Assembly: GCA_049297395.1 (NCBI GenBank)
Contig: JBAQUG010000455.1
Span: 16-64,015 of the forward strand
Reading direction: 5' to 3'
DNA length: 64,000 bases
Source: Victivallales bacterium
GTDB lineage: Bacteria; Verrucomicrobiota; Lentisphaeria; Victivallales; GWF2-50-93
Part shown: positions 45,693 to 53,864 of the stretch, one piece after another
How positions within the stretch are numbered: the stretch's first letter is position 1
Layout: each line of letters starts with the position of its first letter
Translations under genes and position numbers: made by a program
Notes under the pieces: generated by a model
Told to the model about the DNA's origin: nothing
Seen by the model: the letters and a program-made list of their open reading frames with translations, nothing else
Database searches by the model: none

Positions 45693-46223
45693 CTATTTGG
45701 CCTGGTCGCCTGCGGGAGCCTCTTTGGCTTTTTCAGCCGGGACAGCCATGGGATCGACTGCCGGGGTATCAGTCTTGGCGTCATCCTTTGGGGCATCCTT
45801 GTTAGCAGGGGCCGGAGCGGGAGGAGGGGTTTTCGCAGGATCCTTCGGCATTTCTGCGGTTTTGCCGGAAGAAAGATCGTTGTAATACTGTATCAGCTTG
45901 TCGAGATAGTCAAGCCTGGCCTGCTTTACGGTGACATCCGCGTTCTTTTCCTTTGCCTTGTCGATATCAGCTATGAGCTTCTCCCTTTCCGTTTCCATGG
46001 GAGTTGTCAGCTTCTTGAGTTCCTTGTCCTTCTTTGCTTCTATCTTCTTGATATCGGCCCTCATGGCATCCAGCTTTTTCGAATCCTTTTCCTTCGACTG
46101 CTTATCCTCGATTTTCTTGATGTCCCTGTCATATTTGTCAAAGGGGTTGACCGGTGCGTCGGCCGCGGATGTCATGCCGGCAAGGAAAAAAGACAGAACA
46201 ATAGCGAGTCCGAGTTTCTTCAT
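45693..46223 (-). CDS. secreted K/D/E-rich coiled-coil protein with a Pro/Ala-rich C-terminus
   Basis: Signal peptide MKKLGLAIVLSFFLAGMTSAADA, with GGAGG upstream of ATG 46223. Confidence 0.55.
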   Translation of the reverse strand: MKKLGLAIVLSFFLAGMTSAADAPVNPFDKYDRDIKKIEDKQSKEKDSKKLDAMRADIKKIEAKKDKELKKLTTPMETEREKLIADIDKAKEKNADVTVKQARLDYLDKLIQYYNDLSSGKTAEMPKDPAKTPPPAPAPANKDAPKDDAKTDTPAVDPMAVPAEKAKEAPAGDQAK

Positions 46224-46301
46224 TTCGTGTGCCTCCATTTTTTTAATTTTCAGAATTTTCAAATTTAAGCCAAGATGCAGGTTTGTCAAGCAGTTTGGCA
46301 G

Positions 46302-46829
46302 TTATTCCGGCAAGGTGGAACGCGTGGCTGATATGAGCGTGAATTCCCTGGTGCACTTTTCCTGTTCCAGCATCTCTCCGACAGTGGTATCTCTTCCTGG
46401 AAAAGTCCTGTCTCCTGCCAGTTCTGCAAGCGGTATCAGGACGAAGAGCCTTCTGGCAGCCTCCTTGTGCGGGATGCTTATATTCTGATCGGAATATACG
46501 AGATCTCCGAAGAATATTATGTCGATGTCCAGCGGACGTGAATCGAACCTCGCGTGATCCCCGGGCCTGCCGGCGTTCACTTCAATCTTCTTGCATAGCG
46601 CGTGCAGTTCTTCGAGGGTGCCGCGCCACTGGCCGGCGGCTGCGGCATTGATGAAGTCCGGCGTGCCGGGTTTGCAGCCTACTGGAGGCGTCGTGTAGAG
46701 CGATGAGATCCGGACGCCGGCAAGCCCCCCTGATTCCAGTTCCCCGAGGGCCTTCCTGAAGGTATCCGGTACATCCCCCAGGTTGCCGCCAAGGGAGAGC
46801 ACTGCTTCTGTCTCTTTAGTTCCAGCCAT
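46302..46829 (-). CDS. folK: 2-amino-4-hydroxy-6-hydroxymethyldihydropteridine diphosphokinase
   Basis: LSLGGNLGD, YTTPPVG, RPLDIDIIFFGD and IPHKEAARRLFVLIPLAE are typical of HPPK. Confidence 0.85.
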   Translation of the reverse strand: MAGTKETEAVLSLGGNLGDVPDTFRKALGELESGGLAGVRISSLYTTPPVGCKPGTPDFINAAAAGQWRGTLEELHALCKKIEVNAGRPGDHARFDSRPLDIDIIFFGDLVYSDQNISIPHKEAARRLFVLIPLAELAGDRTFPGRDTTVGEMLEQEKCTREFTLISATRSTLPE

Positions 46830-46911
46830 GATCGTCCATCTAATATCGTTTAAATAAAATTGATTTTGCGCTGTATTTTTAACATATGTGCATTATATTA
46901 GACTTCCATTG

Positions 46912-47874
46912 ATGAATTGTGACAAACTAAAAGTTTATTTTCTTGGTTCAGGTAGAATTGCCGTACCCATTCTTTCCAGCCTAAAAGACTCCCCTAGAAT
47001 TTCTCTTGCCGGTATCGGCACGCAGATGGACAGGCCAGCTGGACGGAAAAACCTTGTTACGCCGACCCCTGTCGGCGACTGGTGCAGGGAACACGGAATT
47101 GCTCCTGACAAGCCCGCATCGGTGAATTCCCCGGAATTCCTGGAAAAACTCAAAGGGATGGACGGACTCGATATGATATTCGTATCCAGTTTCGGCCAGC
47201 TCCTGAAACAGGAAATCCTGTCCCTGCCGCTGAGGGGATGCATAAACCTTCATGCATCTCTCCTGCCGGCATACAGGGGGGCCTCACCATTGCAGGCTGC
47301 AATTCTCAATGGCGATTTGAAGACAGGCGTGTGTTTCATGCAGATGGAGAAGGGGCTTGATACAGGCCCGGTCTTCTCGACATCGGAATATCGGATCCAG
47401 GCAGGACAGAAGGCCGATGAACTGGAATACGCACTGGGAGTGCTTGCCGCCTCAAGCACAGGAAATGTACTTCTTGATATCGCGTCCGGCTTGTTGAAAC
47501 CTGTTCCACAGGACAACTCCAAAGCAACCTATGCCGGTAAGATCAGGAAGGGACATGGCGAGATAAACTGGAACAGTCCTGCCATTGAAATAGAGAGGAA
47601 GCTCAGGGCATATCACCCATGGCCTGGAGTTTTCTTCAATCTTCAGCTTGGAGTAAGGAAGATCAGGATGGCAATAACCGAACTTGCCTGTCTTGACGTT
47701 TCCGGTATGCCAGGGCAGATATTGAAGGCCGACAAGAAGGATCTGATTGTCGCATGCGGTGCCGGAGCCGTCTCCCTGAAAAAAGTTGTTCCCGAAGGGA
47801 AAAGGGAAATGTCAGGGACGGAATTCGTGCGCGGATGCCAGGGGATTGAAGGTATCGTCCTGGCGAATGCATGA
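46912..47874 (+). CDS. fmt: methionyl-tRNA formyltransferase
   Basis: KVYFLGSGRIAVPIL, and NLHASLLPAYRGASPLQAAILNGDLKTGVCFMQMEKGLDTGPV. Confidence 0.92.
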   Translation: MNCDKLKVYFLGSGRIAVPILSSLKDSPRISLAGIGTQMDRPAGRKNLVTPTPVGDWCREHGIAPDKPASVNSPEFLEKLKGMDGLDMIFVSSFGQLLKQEILSLPLRGCINLHASLLPAYRGASPLQAAILNGDLKTGVCFMQMEKGLDTGPVFSTSEYRIQAGQKADELEYALGVLAASSTGNVLLDIASGLLKPVPQDNSKATYAGKIRKGHGEINWNSPAIEIERKLRAYHPWPGVFFNLQLGVRKIRMAITELACLDVSGMPGQILKADKKDLIVACGAGAVSLKKVVPEGKREMSGTEFVRGCQGIEGIVLANA

Positions 47875-47892
47875 ATCGGGGGATTTTTATTT

Positions 47893-47935
47893 GAAACTTG
47901 TAACTCGTAACTGGAAAACTGGAAGTTAGAAATCG
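47893..47935. repeat. short-period (7-8 nt) degenerate tandem repeat after the fmt stop
   Basis: cttgtaa ctcgtaa ctggaaaa ctggaagt tagaaat. Confidence 0.6.
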
Positions 47936-48046
47936 TATATAGGACGAAACATAGGTCAACTAGCCTTATCGGTCCTATCGTAAAAACAAAACTTGTCCGC
48001 CATAACAATTGAAATGGCCGGCAGAAAATCGAAAATTGGAATCAAC

Positions 48047-49681
48047 ATGAACATATTAATGAAATTATTCAGGCCCGTTAAAAAGGCCAAAGTGCTCGTA
48101 ATCAACTGTGAAAAACTTGAGACCAGGGTCGCTCTTATGAACAATGGGCGTCTCGAAGAGTACCAGATTGAACGCAAGGAGGACAAGCAGTTTGTCAACT
48201 CCGTCTACCTCGGAAAAATAACACATCTCGAAAACTCGCTTCAGGCCGCCTTTGTTGACATCGGCTCTGAAAAGAACGCCTTCCTTCACTACAAGGACAT
48301 GCTTCCGGCTACCTACGACATGATTGAAAAGGTGAAGAGCGACGGACACCGCCGCCAGCACCCCCAGGGCAGGAAGAACCCGCTGGGCAACTTCACCAAA
48401 CGCTTTGCGGAACTTGAACGCAAGCGCAGAAGCAGCAGGATAAGGGTCGAGGACGTCCCGAAACTCTTCACCGATGGCTCGGAAATCCTCGTACAGGTCA
48501 CCAAGGGGCCGATTGGCACCAAGGGGCCGCGCGTAAGCACGAACATCTCGATCCCGGGACGTTATCTCGTACTCCTTCCCTTCTCCGACCATATCGGCCT
48601 TACAAAGAAGATAGAGGATCCGAAGGAGCGAGACAGGCTCCGCAAGATCATGAACGACCTTGAAATCCCGGACGGCATGGGCTGCATATGCAGGACCGTC
48701 GGCGAAGACCGCAAGGATATTTTCTTCAAGCGCGATCTTGACATGCTCCTCGAACTCTGGCAGCGCGTCGAACACATCCAGAAGAATCCCAAGGCTCCAT
48801 GCATCGTGTATGAGGAACCCAGTCTTATCCTGAGGACAATGAGGGACTTCCTCACCGAGGAAATAGACGAGATCGTCGTAGATGACGAGCAGGAATACAA
48901 CTATATCAAGGAGTTCCTTGCGAAGATCGCAGGCCCCGAGATGATCGAGAAGGTTACCCTTTACAAGAAGCCGACGCCGGTCTTTGAAAGCTTCGGAATT
49001 GAAAAGCAGATCAGCGAGGTCTTCAACAGGAAGATCGGTCTTCCTTCAGGCGGCTATATCTGCATTGACGAGACCGAGGCCCTCATCTCGATCGATGTGA
49101 ACACGGGAAGCACCAGGGGCAAGGCGCAGCCGGAAATAATCCTCAAGACAAACCTCGAGGCGGCAAACGAAATCGCGCGCCAGCTCAGACTCCGGAACAT
49201 AGGCGGACTCGTCGTGATCGACTTCATCGACATGGATCACGCCCGCGACCGCGACGCAGTATACAAGCAGATGAGGACTCTTGTCCGCGATGACAGCGCC
49301 AAGACGAGCATGCTGCCGATAAGCAAGTTCGGCCTTATGGAAATGACGCGCCAGCGCGAACATGAAAGCCTGAGCGATGCGGTCTATGATGCGTGTCCAT
49401 ACTGCCATGGCGGAGGCAAGGTGAAATCAGCCCTCAGCATGAGCGTTGAAATCCAGCGCCGTCTGCAGGAAGTGCTGAAGAAGCACAAGAGCGAAAGAGG
49501 GCTTGCAATAAAAGTCCTCATGCATCCGAGCATTCTCGCGCGTCTGAAGAACGAGGATGCCGCCCATCTTACCGAGATGGAAAGCAAGCATGGCAAGGAG
49601 CTGAGCTTCCGTGCCGATCCGGCGCTCCACCTCGAGGAGTTCAAGCTCATCGACCCGGAAACTGGAGTGGAATATAAGTAA
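48047..49681 (+). CDS. rng: ribonuclease E/G family endoribonuclease
   Basis: S1 domain (GKITHLENSLQAAFVDIGSEKNAFLH) and catalytic region GGYICIDETEALISIDVNTG, GGLVVIDFIDM. The start is one of the ATGs at 48047/48059. Confidence 0.88.
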   Translation: MNILMKLFRPVKKAKVLVINCEKLETRVALMNNGRLEEYQIERKEDKQFVNSVYLGKITHLENSLQAAFVDIGSEKNAFLHYKDMLPATYDMIEKVKSDGHRRQHPQGRKNPLGNFTKRFAELERKRRSSRIRVEDVPKLFTDGSEILVQVTKGPIGTKGPRVSTNISIPGRYLVLLPFSDHIGLTKKIEDPKERDRLRKIMNDLEIPDGMGCICRTVGEDRKDIFFKRDLDMLLELWQRVEHIQKNPKAPCIVYEEPSLILRTMRDFLTEEIDEIVVDDEQEYNYIKEFLAKIAGPEMIEKVTLYKKPTPVFESFGIEKQISEVFNRKIGLPSGGYICIDETEALISIDVNTGSTRGKAQPEIILKTNLEAANEIARQLRLRNIGGLVVIDFIDMDHARDRDAVYKQMRTLVRDDSAKTSMLPISKFGLMEMTRQREHESLSDAVYDACPYCHGGGKVKSALSMSVEIQRRLQEVLKKHKSERGLAIKVLMHPSILARLKNEDAAHLTEMESKHGKELSFRADPALHLEEFKLIDPETGVEYK

Positions 49682-49715
49682 CTGATGATTGTTTACGCTA
49701 TTTAGTATTTTTGGG

Positions 49716-49753
49716 AAAAGTAACGCGTCATTGAATTGACGCGTTACTTTTTT
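49716..49753 (+). terminator. Rho-independent terminator after rng
   Basis: aaaagtaacgcgtca-ttgaat-tgacgcgttactttt followed by tt. Confidence 0.85.
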
Positions 49754-49791
49754 CCGCGTAAATCAATAAAGTTAAGGATTGTCATCATATA

Positions 49792-50829
49792 ATGAAAAAA
49801 CACACGAAAGAACAAGTGGCCAGCGATAAGTCCATGGACGGGCTGATCGATGAGCTTGCCAGGATGTCCGCTTCCGCGGAGACACAGGAAATATTCCGGG
49901 AAATACTAACTACTGCGGTCAAGCTGGGAAGGGAATCCGGTGACAAGGGCGATTTGAAGGTGGTCAACAGCGCGCTGAAGGAACTGCGGTATTCGTTCAA
50001 GATATTCTCTCCTTATCGGAAGACCAAGAAGGTGATAATCTTCGGTTCGGCCCGCTCAAAGGAGACTTCATCCGAATACAGGATGGCCGAGGAATTCTCC
50101 GGTAAAATCACGCGCAAGGGCTTCATGGTGGTCACCGGAGGAGGGCCCGGGGTCATGGAAGCGGGGAACAAAGGCGCCGAGCCCGGCAAGGATTTCGCCT
50201 TGAACATCCGTCTTCCCTTCGAGCAGGAACCAAACCCCTACATAGATGAGAAGCAGAGGCTGATCAGTTTCAAGTATTTCTTCACCAGGAAGCTGATCTT
50301 CATAAAGGAGACTGATGCCACCACCCTTTTCCCCGGAGGGTTCGGCACCAATGACGAAGGTTTTGAAGCTCTCACCCTGATCCAGACCGGGAAATCCATG
50401 CCAAGGCCGATAATCCTGATGGAACCGCCGGGTTCAACATACTGGACCGACTGGGATCGCTTCGTGAGGAAGCAGCTGGTGGGGGAAGGCTATGTCAGCA
50501 AGGAGGATTTGAACCTCTACTGCATCATGCATGATGTCGATAAGGCGGTCAAGTATATAGAAGACTTCTACAGGGTGTACCATTCTGTAAGGTATGTCAA
50601 AGGCTTGACCGTGATCCGTCTCAATCATGAGCTTTCCCAGGCGAAGATGCTTCTCATGAACAGGGCGTTCAAGGATATCCTTGTCAGCGGCGAAATCAAA
50701 CCGTCGCCTCCTGTCGATGAAGAGCTAAAAAAGGGCGAACATCCCGCCTTGCCACGACTTGTGATGAAGTTCAACATGCGCAATTTCGCCCGGCTATGCG
50801 CCATGATACATGAGATCAACAGGTCTTAA
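49792..50829 (+). CDS. LOG family protein (nucleotide 5'-monophosphate nucleosidase, PpnN-like) with N- and C-terminal extensions
   Basis: VIIFGSARS, VVTGGGPGVMEAGNKGA, PGGFGTNDEGFEALTLIQTGK. Confidence 0.8.
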   Translation: MKKHTKEQVASDKSMDGLIDELARMSASAETQEIFREILTTAVKLGRESGDKGDLKVVNSALKELRYSFKIFSPYRKTKKVIIFGSARSKETSSEYRMAEEFSGKITRKGFMVVTGGGPGVMEAGNKGAEPGKDFALNIRLPFEQEPNPYIDEKQRLISFKYFFTRKLIFIKETDATTLFPGGFGTNDEGFEALTLIQTGKSMPRPIILMEPPGSTYWTDWDRFVRKQLVGEGYVSKEDLNLYCIMHDVDKAVKYIEDFYRVYHSVRYVKGLTVIRLNHELSQAKMLLMNRAFKDILVSGEIKPSPPVDEELKKGEHPALPRLVMKFNMRNFARLCAMIHEINRS

Positions 50830-51129
50830 AGGAAGGATGATATTTACTATGCAGGCAAATTTATTTCATAGGTACTGAAAACATGGGCGATTGTTCGCTT
50901 CTCGGACAGTTCGGGCACATCTTACCAATATCCTTGACTTTCCCACCCCGCATGTTCTACTCTTAAGGTTCCCTTGATATTGCAACCGGCAAAGTCGTAG
51001 AGGCCGAAAACCAATGACTTCCTTCTAAGGCATTGAAGGACTGCATAAATTTGGAAGGACAGAGAAGAAGCAAATTTGCAAGATGTTTTACTGCGTAAAT
51101 AACATTGAAAAATAAAAAGGATAATTAAA

Positions 51130-51420
51130 ATGGCTGTTAAAGTTGCACATAATGCTGGTATGGCGAAGGAATTTTTCGGAACTAAAAAAGAGTGGCTTGT
51201 AGGCAAGAATCCAAATTCACAGACAGGCGGTGAGTTTAGTGGTGCCTGTGATGTCATCGCAAAAGACACCAAAGGATATTACTTCACTAACTCAGCTTGT
51301 GTTGGCAGTGGTTTGCTCGATCAAAACCGGATATGCAAACGGGTAGTTCCTACGGAGGCTGAAGTTAAGGCAGTGTTAATACTCCAGGAAGCTGTCAGTG
51401 CTGCAGCTGTGAAGGTTTAA
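51130..51420 (+). CDS. orphan 96-aa hypothetical protein
   Basis: ATG preceded by AAGGA, in an AT-rich gene-poor islet. I recognise no family, so coding status is uncertain. Confidence 0.35.
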   Translation: MAVKVAHNAGMAKEFFGTKKEWLVGKNPNSQTGGEFSGACDVIAKDTKGYYFTNSACVGSGLLDQNRICKRVVPTEAEVKAVLILQEAVSAAAVKV

Positions 51421-51444
51421 ACGGGGGGAATGCTGCATAATGAG

Positions 51445-51495
51445 CAAAGGCATATATTCACTGAAGGACGGGGTTCGGTGAATATTTGCCTTTTG
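51445..51495. terminator. imperfect long hairpin between the orphan ORF and the convergent pyrH
   Basis: caaaggcatatattcac ... gtgaatatttgccttttg. Confidence 0.5.
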
Positions 51496-51524
51496 TCGTA
51501 AAAAAGGTTATCAATCCGTCACGC

Positions 51525-52253
51525 CTACTCAGGATTCCCCACGACTGTTGCGATGCTGGTGTCGCCCTGGAGGACGCGTTCGAGGCTTTCGGGTTCGGAG
51601 AAATTGAAGACTATTATTGGAAGATTGTTGTCCCTGCACATTGAGAACGCCGTTGAGTCCATTACTTTCAACTGCTGGGAAAGCGCGTCGTCGTAGCTGA
51701 TCTTCTCATATCTTCTGGCGTTAGGGTTTTTCTTCGGATCTTCGGTATAGATGCCATCAACTTTTGTAGCCTTGAGGACTGCCTCGGCATCGATCTCGAG
51801 AGCCCTGAGGGCTGCAGTCGTGTCGGTGGTGAAGAACGGCGAGCCTGTACCGCCGGCAAAGATCATTATCTTTCCTTCGTTCAGAGACTTCACGGCTTTT
51901 TCACGGTCAAAAAGAGGTGCTATGGGAGCCATTGAGATCGATGACTGCACCTCGGCGATAAAGCCTGCGGCGTTGAAGGCGTCACGGAGGCAGATGGCGT
52001 TCATTACGGTTCCCAGCATGCCCATGTAGTCGGCGGTCACCCTGTCCATGCCGGTATTGACGCCGCGCACACCGCGCCAGATGTTTCCACCGCCGATGAC
52101 GATGGCGAGTTCGATTCCTTTGTCGGCGACGGAGCCGATCCTGTTGACGATCACGTTTATAGCATCCGCGTCATAGCCGCTTTCCGCATCGCCCTTCAAG
52201 GCCTCGCCGCTGAGCTTGATAAGAACCCGGTTGTATACGTATAGTGAGTCCAT
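51525..52253 (-). CDS. pyrH: UMP kinase
   Basis: RVLIKLSGEAL, VIGGGNIWRG, FAGGTGSPFFTTDTTAALRA. ATG 52253 has AGGAG 9 nt upstream. Confidence 0.93.
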   Translation of the reverse strand: MDSLYVYNRVLIKLSGEALKGDAESGYDADAINVIVNRIGSVADKGIELAIVIGGGNIWRGVRGVNTGMDRVTADYMGMLGTVMNAICLRDAFNAAGFIAEVQSSISMAPIAPLFDREKAVKSLNEGKIMIFAGGTGSPFFTTDTTAALRALEIDAEAVLKATKVDGIYTEDPKKNPNARRYEKISYDDALSQQLKVMDSTAFSMCRDNNLPIIVFNFSEPESLERVLQGDTSIATVVGNPE

Positions 52254-52358
52254 GGTAATCCGCTCCTGTTTTGTTTTCATAAAATAGCCATAGTTTCAGA
52301 AAATGAAAACCCCCTTAGGAGTCGTGCAGAAATAACTTTAGAGAATTCTACCGTTGAA

Positions 52359-53231
52359 TCAGTTAATCTTCGGGAAGACGAAATCCGGCTTGAAGGAAGG
52401 CTTGGCCTTCCGGAGATGGTCCCGGTTGGTGATGCCGGTGAGGACGAGGCCGGACGTGAATCCGAAATTGTTCGCCCCATGGATATCCGACGCCAGGGAA
52501 TCTCCCAGCATGAGGACGCGCTTCCTCTGGATGTTTCCGGAAATATCAAATCTGTCTTTCAGTATGTCAAAGGCATAATTGAAGACTGCGCCATACGGCT
52601 TGCCGAGATAGGCCGGTTTTATCTTTATCCCATAGTCGGAGAGGATCGTGCAGATGAACCGTGCCTTGCCTCCTGCTCCTATTCCGAGTTCGCCATTCGG
52701 GCCGTTCGGCCAGTAACTGTCGGGATTAGGAACTATGAGGAAGCGGTCCGGATACTTTATGAAGAAGTTCATCGCCGCACTTATGTTCGACTGCCAGTTG
52801 TACGTGCCTTCTCCAATGATCACACCGGAGCATTCGCAGATCTTCCTGGTGTTCCGTTCAACCTTCAGGCCTGCCCTCTCCGCATAGTTTGGATTTCCGA
52901 GATCGCCCATGACAAAGAATTTCCTGCCTGTCAGCCCGTACTTTTCAGCGAACGGCTTCAATGCATCGCTGCACGAGACGATCTCATCCGGACGGATGTC
53001 GAGTCCGGCGCGCTTGAGCATCCAGCTCTTCTCCTCGGTGGAATGATTGCCGTCATTGGTCAGAAGAAAGAACGGAAAACCCGAGTCTTCCAGGCGTTTT
53101 ATCAGGGTGGACGCTCCGGGCATGACCTTCCGGCCAGCGATAAGCGTGCCATCAATATCGAAAAGCAGCGCACGATATTCGCAGCTGTTCTTCTTCCACC
53201 ATTCGAGAAAAGTATTATTCAATATTTTCAT
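52359..53231 (-). CDS. HAD superfamily hydrolase, subfamily IIA (NagD-like)
   Basis: LLFDIDGTL motif I, LLTND motif II, and C-terminal MLGDSLASDIHGA. Confidence 0.8.
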   Translation of the reverse strand: MKILNNTFLEWWKKNSCEYRALLFDIDGTLIAGRKVMPGASTLIKRLEDSGFPFFLLTNDGNHSTEEKSWMLKRAGLDIRPDEIVSCSDALKPFAEKYGLTGRKFFVMGDLGNPNYAERAGLKVERNTRKICECSGVIIGEGTYNWQSNISAAMNFFIKYPDRFLIVPNPDSYWPNGPNGELGIGAGGKARFICTILSDYGIKIKPAYLGKPYGAVFNYAFDILKDRFDISGNIQRKRVLMLGDSLASDIHGANNFGFTSGLVLTGITNRDHLRKAKPSFKPDFVFPKIN

Positions 53232-53255
53232 ATGATTTTTTACCCGTAGGAAATA

Positions 53256-53777
53256 TCACTTCTCAATCCCGACCCTCGCCATCACACCCTTCTTATAATA
53301 ATGCTTCACTTCTTTCATTTCAGTTGCCAGGTCGGCGGCCTTTATGAGTCTAGGGTCGGCATTCCTGCCGGTGAGGACGAGTTCGACTGCGCCCGGCTTT
53401 GATTTTATTATCCCGAGGACGTCCTCAACTGAAACCAAGCCATACTTGGTGGCTGTCATGATCTCGTCGAGGATCACGACGTCGTAATCGCCGGAAGAGA
53501 CAGCAGCCCTGATCTCATCAAAGCCTTTTTTTGCGAATTCAATATCCTTTTCATCGGGCGTTTTCCCGATGAAGCAGCTTCTGCCGAACTGTTTCACCCT
53601 GATATTTGCGAATTTCGCAAGGCTTACGTGCTCGCTTGACTTGACGCCTTTCGCGAACTGGCCGAAGTAAACTTGAAGGCCCGAACCGGCGGCGCGGACA
53701 GCCAGGCCGATCGCAGCAGTGGTCTTGCCCTTGCCGTTCCCGGTATAAATTTGGACATAGCCTTTTTTAAGTTTCAT
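53256..53777 (-). CDS. cobO: cob(I)yrinic acid a,c-diamide adenosyltransferase
   Basis: GYVQIYTGNGKGKTTAAIGLAVRAAG P-loop and VVILDEI. The start is probably ATG 53777. Confidence 0.88.
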   Translation of the reverse strand: MKLKKGYVQIYTGNGKGKTTAAIGLAVRAAGSGLQVYFGQFAKGVKSSEHVSLAKFANIRVKQFGRSCFIGKTPDEKDIEFAKKGFDEIRAAVSSGDYDVVILDEIMTATKYGLVSVEDVLGIIKSKPGAVELVLTGRNADPRLIKAADLATEMKEVKHYYKKGVMARVGIEK

Positions 53778-53864
53778 GGTGGATTGTCTCGGTTGAGTTG
53801 ACAGGAATTCCATTTAAACGGCTCATGAAAGATAATCTGGAAACGTTGAAGAATCAAGGATGGC

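Noticed and set aside
48065-48775. 236-aa minus-strand ORF
   Set aside because: It is antisense to the RNase E/G gene.
50922-51272. 116-aa minus-strand ORF across the AT-rich islet
   Set aside because: It overlaps the better-supported plus-strand 96-aa ORF and its SD, has no SD of its own, and has hydrophobic junk-like composition. A gene remnant cannot be fully excluded.
1-52280. Separation of frr (window start) from pyrH (51.5 kb) as a notable rearrangement
   Set aside because: The pyrH-frr linkage is common but not universal. Without knowing the sequence upstream of the window, this is not informative.
52416-53249. 277-aa plus-strand ORF
   Set aside because: It is antisense to the HAD-IIA hydrolase, which has clear DxDGT and GDxxxxD motifs. 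This ORF has no motifs of its own.
53778-53864. Possible cobalamin riboswitch upstream of cobO
   Set aside because: The spacer is too short, and no B12-box-like sequence was seen.
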